From the IMG/VR virus record IMGVR_UViG_3300030376_001735, positions 1-26,953 of that record: a stretch of DNA of 26,953 nucleotides. The stretch is one strand, 5' to 3'. Below, piece after piece: positions 23,578-26,953 of the stretch (positions are counted from its first letter, which is position 1; every line of letters starts with the position of its first letter). Under the pieces are notes generated by a model, which was not told the origin of the DNA, ran no database searches, and worked only from the letters and a program-made list of their open reading frames with translations. The position numbers and the translations under genes are program-made. The DNA comes from a virus (lineage: Duplodnaviria > Caudoviricetes).

Positions 23578-26004
23578 TTATCTCGGTTCAAAGGCATTCA
23601 TGCCAAAACCGCCACCCATTATATCATTACCTGAAGATTCAAAGTTTTTAGGTGGTTTTTTATTATTTCTTTGATCTATTAATTCAGATTGTTGTGACGC
23701 TTGGATTTTTGTTCTTTCGTCCTTGCGATCTTCTTTTACTTTTTCTCTAGTTTTAAGTATTTCAGTCTCCATTTGCTTTAACTTTAAGTTTAATTCAAAC
23801 TCAAAATTCATAAGCTCTTTCTTAAGCATAGCCTCTTGTTGCATTTTCTGTATCTCTAATTGGCTCTTACCTTGTTCTAATTGCATCTGGCTTTGAGTTA
23901 AAGCTTGATTTTTTTGAACTTCAGCTTGAGCAGCAACTTGTTGAGCTTGAGCGTTTGCTTGTGCTTGTGCTTGTATGTTTTGCTGTTGGATCATTTGATC
24001 TTCTTCAGCTTTTTGTTTACGTTTTAGTTTTAATAACTGATTAGCAAGCTTTATATTTTTAATCTCTCTAATATCTATAGCATCTTCAAGATTTATACCT
24101 TGTTGCTGTAACGCTTGCTGTATGTTATTTTCTAACATAGCTTTTTCTTCTTCATCAGGTGTTAATTCAATAAATATACCAAAATCATATAAATGTAAGT
24201 TAGACATTTCAGTTAACGTAGCAACATTATGTCTACCTAATTTTTGAATAAAAGCTTCTTTAGTTGGTGAATATTCTATTATATCAGATATTCTAAGTGA
24301 TAAACACTCCGCTAATTCTGTTGTTAAGAATAAACCGGCTTGTAATATATGTCTTGTAGCTGTATTACTATTAGCAGCTGCTAATTTTTGAACACCCACT
24401 AATGTCTTAGCATCTGGCATACTACCATCACGCGCCTCGTTTAATCCCGTGACATCTCTGATCATTTGTAGGTAGTAGTTATATGTTTGTATTAAAGACT
24501 GTAATTTAGCGCCTCCATTACCGCTTTGTATTTCTTGTATTGGAACTTTACCTGGGTTCATATCACCATCAGATGTAAATGATCTACCAATTATACTACC
24601 AGTCTGGAAAAACATGTTTAATGCTTCTTGTGGATTATAGTTTGTACCATTACCTAAATCTATTTCAGCTAAACCATCAGCATCTAAATATATACCGTCT
24701 GGAACCATTCTAGACATCACCTGTTGAATTTTAAGGTGTGTTATTTGAATCATATCAGCAAAAGTAGTAATTCTACTAACTAATGACTCTATTTTACCCT
24801 TATACATTCTAGGTGCAACTATATTATAGTTCATTTTAACCTTAGTGTAATCACTCTTAGGTCTCATCATGTTGGATGCTAGTTTCCACTTTAACATTTT
24901 TTTAGATCCTAAAACCATAGCTCCTTCAAATAAAACCTCAATTTGTTTAGATAATTTACCAAAATTAGCTTCCAACAACTCTGTAGGAGGATTAAATTGA
25001 TCATCTTTAACTATAACTTTACTAGCACCTGTTGATGTTGTTTTTGTTTTATAAACTTGAGTCATGTATGTCTTATAATTAAAATATAAGATTTGAACTT
25101 GATTTTTATCTAAATTTGTTGATTCAGATAAAGATCTATTATAAAAACCAGTAGTTTGATGACTTTGATTACTTAACTCTTTCAAGTCAGCTTCGGTTAA
25201 TTCTGGAAACTCTTTTACTATTTCATTTATAGGTAAGGTTTTTATTTCACCAAAATAATATATATCTTCGAAATATGGATCTTCAGTATATGAATAAACT
25301 ATATTAGCTGGATCAACATACTCTACTTTTACTCCTTGAGATTTATTAAAGCTATTTTTAACACAAGCTATACCTAAAACAGTCAAGTCGTAATTTAATT
25401 TTTTACGAGTTAACTCATATCTATTACCATCTAATAAAACATTTATAGCTTGTTCTTCAGCTATTTCTACAGCTTGCTTATAATTTAATTGCATGTGTAG
25501 TTGTAATTCGTCTTGGTTTTGAGGTAACACATCTAGTTGACTAGACATTAGGTTTACTCCAAAAGCCTCAGCTGCGTACTCAGTAAGTTCTTGAGACTTC
25601 ATGTCAGACAATATGTTTTCCATATACTTAGTTCTCTTGTCTACACCAAAAGGATCTTGAGTATATGCTTTTATATCAAATGATCTTTCTGATATACCAT
25701 TAACTACTATGTCCACAAACTTGGGTATAATAGGTACTGGTTTCCAGTCTAAGTTTAAGTAAGACAAATCACCATTTATAGATAACTCATCTTTATATTT
25801 TTGAATAGCTTGTTCTCCTCTCGCGTATAATCTAAGCTTGTGGAAGTTATTTTGGTTACTTGCAAACCTATTAGTGCCAGAGTCTCTTTTAAACCACTCG
25901 CTCTCTATAGCTTTACCTATTTTTAAACCGTAATCTAAAGATAACTTCTCTTTGTCAGGTACTACTTGACTAGGAAAATAATTGCTCATGTAAGACTCAG
26001 CCAT
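23578..26004 (-). CDS. Portal protein (808 aa)
   Basis: Directly after the terminase. PIIPKFVDIVV and IRDVTGLNEARDG motifs and a long Gln/Ala-rich C-terminal coiled coil, as in P22/crAss-type portals. Confidence 0.85.
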   Translation of the reverse strand: MAESYMSNYFPSQVVPDKEKLSLDYGLKIGKAIESEWFKRDSGTNRFASNQNNFHKLRLYARGEQAIQKYKDELSINGDLSYLNLDWKPVPIIPKFVDIVVNGISERSFDIKAYTQDPFGVDKRTKYMENILSDMKSQELTEYAAEAFGVNLMSSQLDVLPQNQDELQLHMQLNYKQAVEIAEEQAINVLLDGNRYELTRKKLNYDLTVLGIACVKNSFNKSQGVKVEYVDPANIVYSYTEDPYFEDIYYFGEIKTLPINEIVKEFPELTEADLKELSNQSHQTTGFYNRSLSESTNLDKNQVQILYFNYKTYMTQVYKTKTTSTGASKVIVKDDQFNPPTELLEANFGKLSKQIEVLFEGAMVLGSKKMLKWKLASNMMRPKSDYTKVKMNYNIVAPRMYKGKIESLVSRITTFADMIQITHLKIQQVMSRMVPDGIYLDADGLAEIDLGNGTNYNPQEALNMFFQTGSIIGRSFTSDGDMNPGKVPIQEIQSGNGGAKLQSLIQTYNYYLQMIRDVTGLNEARDGSMPDAKTLVGVQKLAAANSNTATRHILQAGLFLTTELAECLSLRISDIIEYSPTKEAFIQKLGRHNVATLTEMSNLHLYDFGIFIELTPDEEEKAMLENNIQQALQQQGINLEDAIDIREIKNIKLANQLLKLKRKQKAEEDQMIQQQNIQAQAQANAQAQQVAAQAEVQKNQALTQSQMQLEQGKSQLEIQKMQQEAMLKKELMNFEFELNLKLKQMETEILKTREKVKEDRKDERTKIQASQQSELIDQRNNKKPPKNFESSGNDIMGGGFGMNAFEPR

Positions 26005-26005
26005 A

Positions 26006-26953
26006 TTATTGTTTTATTAATTTTGATTGATACCCTTTATTTTTGTATCTAGCTATTGTTAAGTTTAATTTTTCTCTTGTGACATTTTCTCTTGGCGAGT
26101 ATAAATGTCTATTACAAGCCATTATTGCTAAACCACTGCTAATTGTTGCGTCAAACTTAGTTCTTCTTGTTATGTCAAAACCAGCCCAATCATTTAGTGT
26201 TTGATTGAAAATCATGTCGCCATAACTACCATCTTCTCTTAAACCTACATGATCTTGTATATACATTTCAATAGCAGCAGCGTGTGCTTGTTTAATATCT
26301 TCACTTGAGTTAGGCATACCACCTACTTCTCTTTCAGCAACTGATAGTTTGTTCCAAACTTTATCAGGTCTGTTCATAGAGTATTTTCTATATCCTCTAC
26401 GTTTTAAATAATATAGTAATCTAGGCTTGTTGTTCTCTGCTAGTATTGGCATACCATAGAAAACTAAAGCCATTAAAACATCTTCAAAAAACATTTCAGC
26501 AGTTGCAGGTCTAGCTATGTATTCTAAAAAGAAACTGTTAGCAGGAGCGTCTTCCATACTAAACTTTGTAAGACCATGTAAAGCACCTTTAGATCCTTTA
26601 CCATCTACTGTTCCTGAAATGTCATAAGAGTCACATCCAAATGCTCCCATATGCTCATTACCAGGGTGTTTAAATCCATTTTTTACTATTTGTTTGTTTT
26701 GTAAATGAACAGGTGGTACCCATGATATATTAAATCTGCCTTGTTGATTAGGTAAAAACCTAACAGTTGTATCTTTTATACCTCCAGCCCACTGAAAATT
26801 ACCAGTAGTATAACTACTAGATTCTTCGTTTACATCTATTTGCTCGTATATTTTAACTAAATTAAATATACTATTTTTAGTTTCATCTCTGAAAGCATGT
26901 TCTTCAGTACGCGGAAACTGTCTATAAAACTCATTTAAAGCGTCTTGATCATT
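26006..26953 (-). CDS. terL: Terminase large subunit, C-terminal (nuclease) part; 5' end outside the window
   Basis: The frame stays open from 26953, not only from the track's Met at 26650: NDQDALNEFYRQFPRTEEHAFRDE...GAFGCDSYD...LAENNKP...FDATISSGLA. This shows the linker motif and RNase H-like acidic residues of TerL. Confidence 0.85.
   Translation of the reverse strand, partial: NDQDALNEFYRQFPRTEEHAFRDETKNSIFNLVKIYEQIDVNEESSSYTTGNFQWAGGIKDTTVRFLPNQQGRFNISWVPPVHLQNKQIVKNGFKHPGNEHMGAFGCDSYDISGTVDGKGSKGALHGLTKFSMEDAPANSFFLEYIARPATAEMFFEDVLMALVFYGMPILAENNKPRLLYYLKRRGYRKYSMNRPDKVWNKLSVAEREVGGMPNSSEDIKQAHAAAIEMYIQDHVGLREDGSYGDMIFNQTLNDWAGFDITRRTKFDATISSGLAIMACNRHLYSPRENVTREKLNLTIARYKNKGYQSKLIKQ

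Noticed and set aside
26006-26650. 214-aa stand-alone ORF as given in the track
   Set aside because: The frame is open to the window edge, so it is the 3' part of the terminase gene and Met 26650 is internal.

Overview
AT-rich, densely coding window with every real gene on the minus strand. It reads as the virion morphogenesis module of a short-tailed, crAss-related dsDNA phage, probably infecting Bacteroidota (inferred from gene order, recalled protein motifs and SD-less A-rich start contexts). In transcription order (right to left): terminase large subunit (5'-truncated), portal, acidic scaffold-like protein, major capsid protein with a terminator, a 243-aa protein, two tail ring/adaptor-like proteins, a 1428-aa tail nozzle/stabilisation protein, a Thr/Ser-rich fibre-like protein, a 122-aa protein, three candidate ejection/internal proteins (215, 419 and 2757 aa), a signal-peptide-bearing outer-membrane beta-barrel-like protein, and the start of a small membrane protein. 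The main finding is the 2757-aa protein. It sits where crAss-like phages encode ejected cargo such as a virion RNA polymerase, but shows no convincing RNAP motif. It has an HExxH metallopeptidase, a sigma70-region-2-like segment, an unknown domain and a complete HAD phosphatase, separated by a recurring basic-S-[IV]-[SN] motif. This suggests an injected, self-processing polyprotein for host takeover. All assignments come from reading motifs by eye; no database searches were run.
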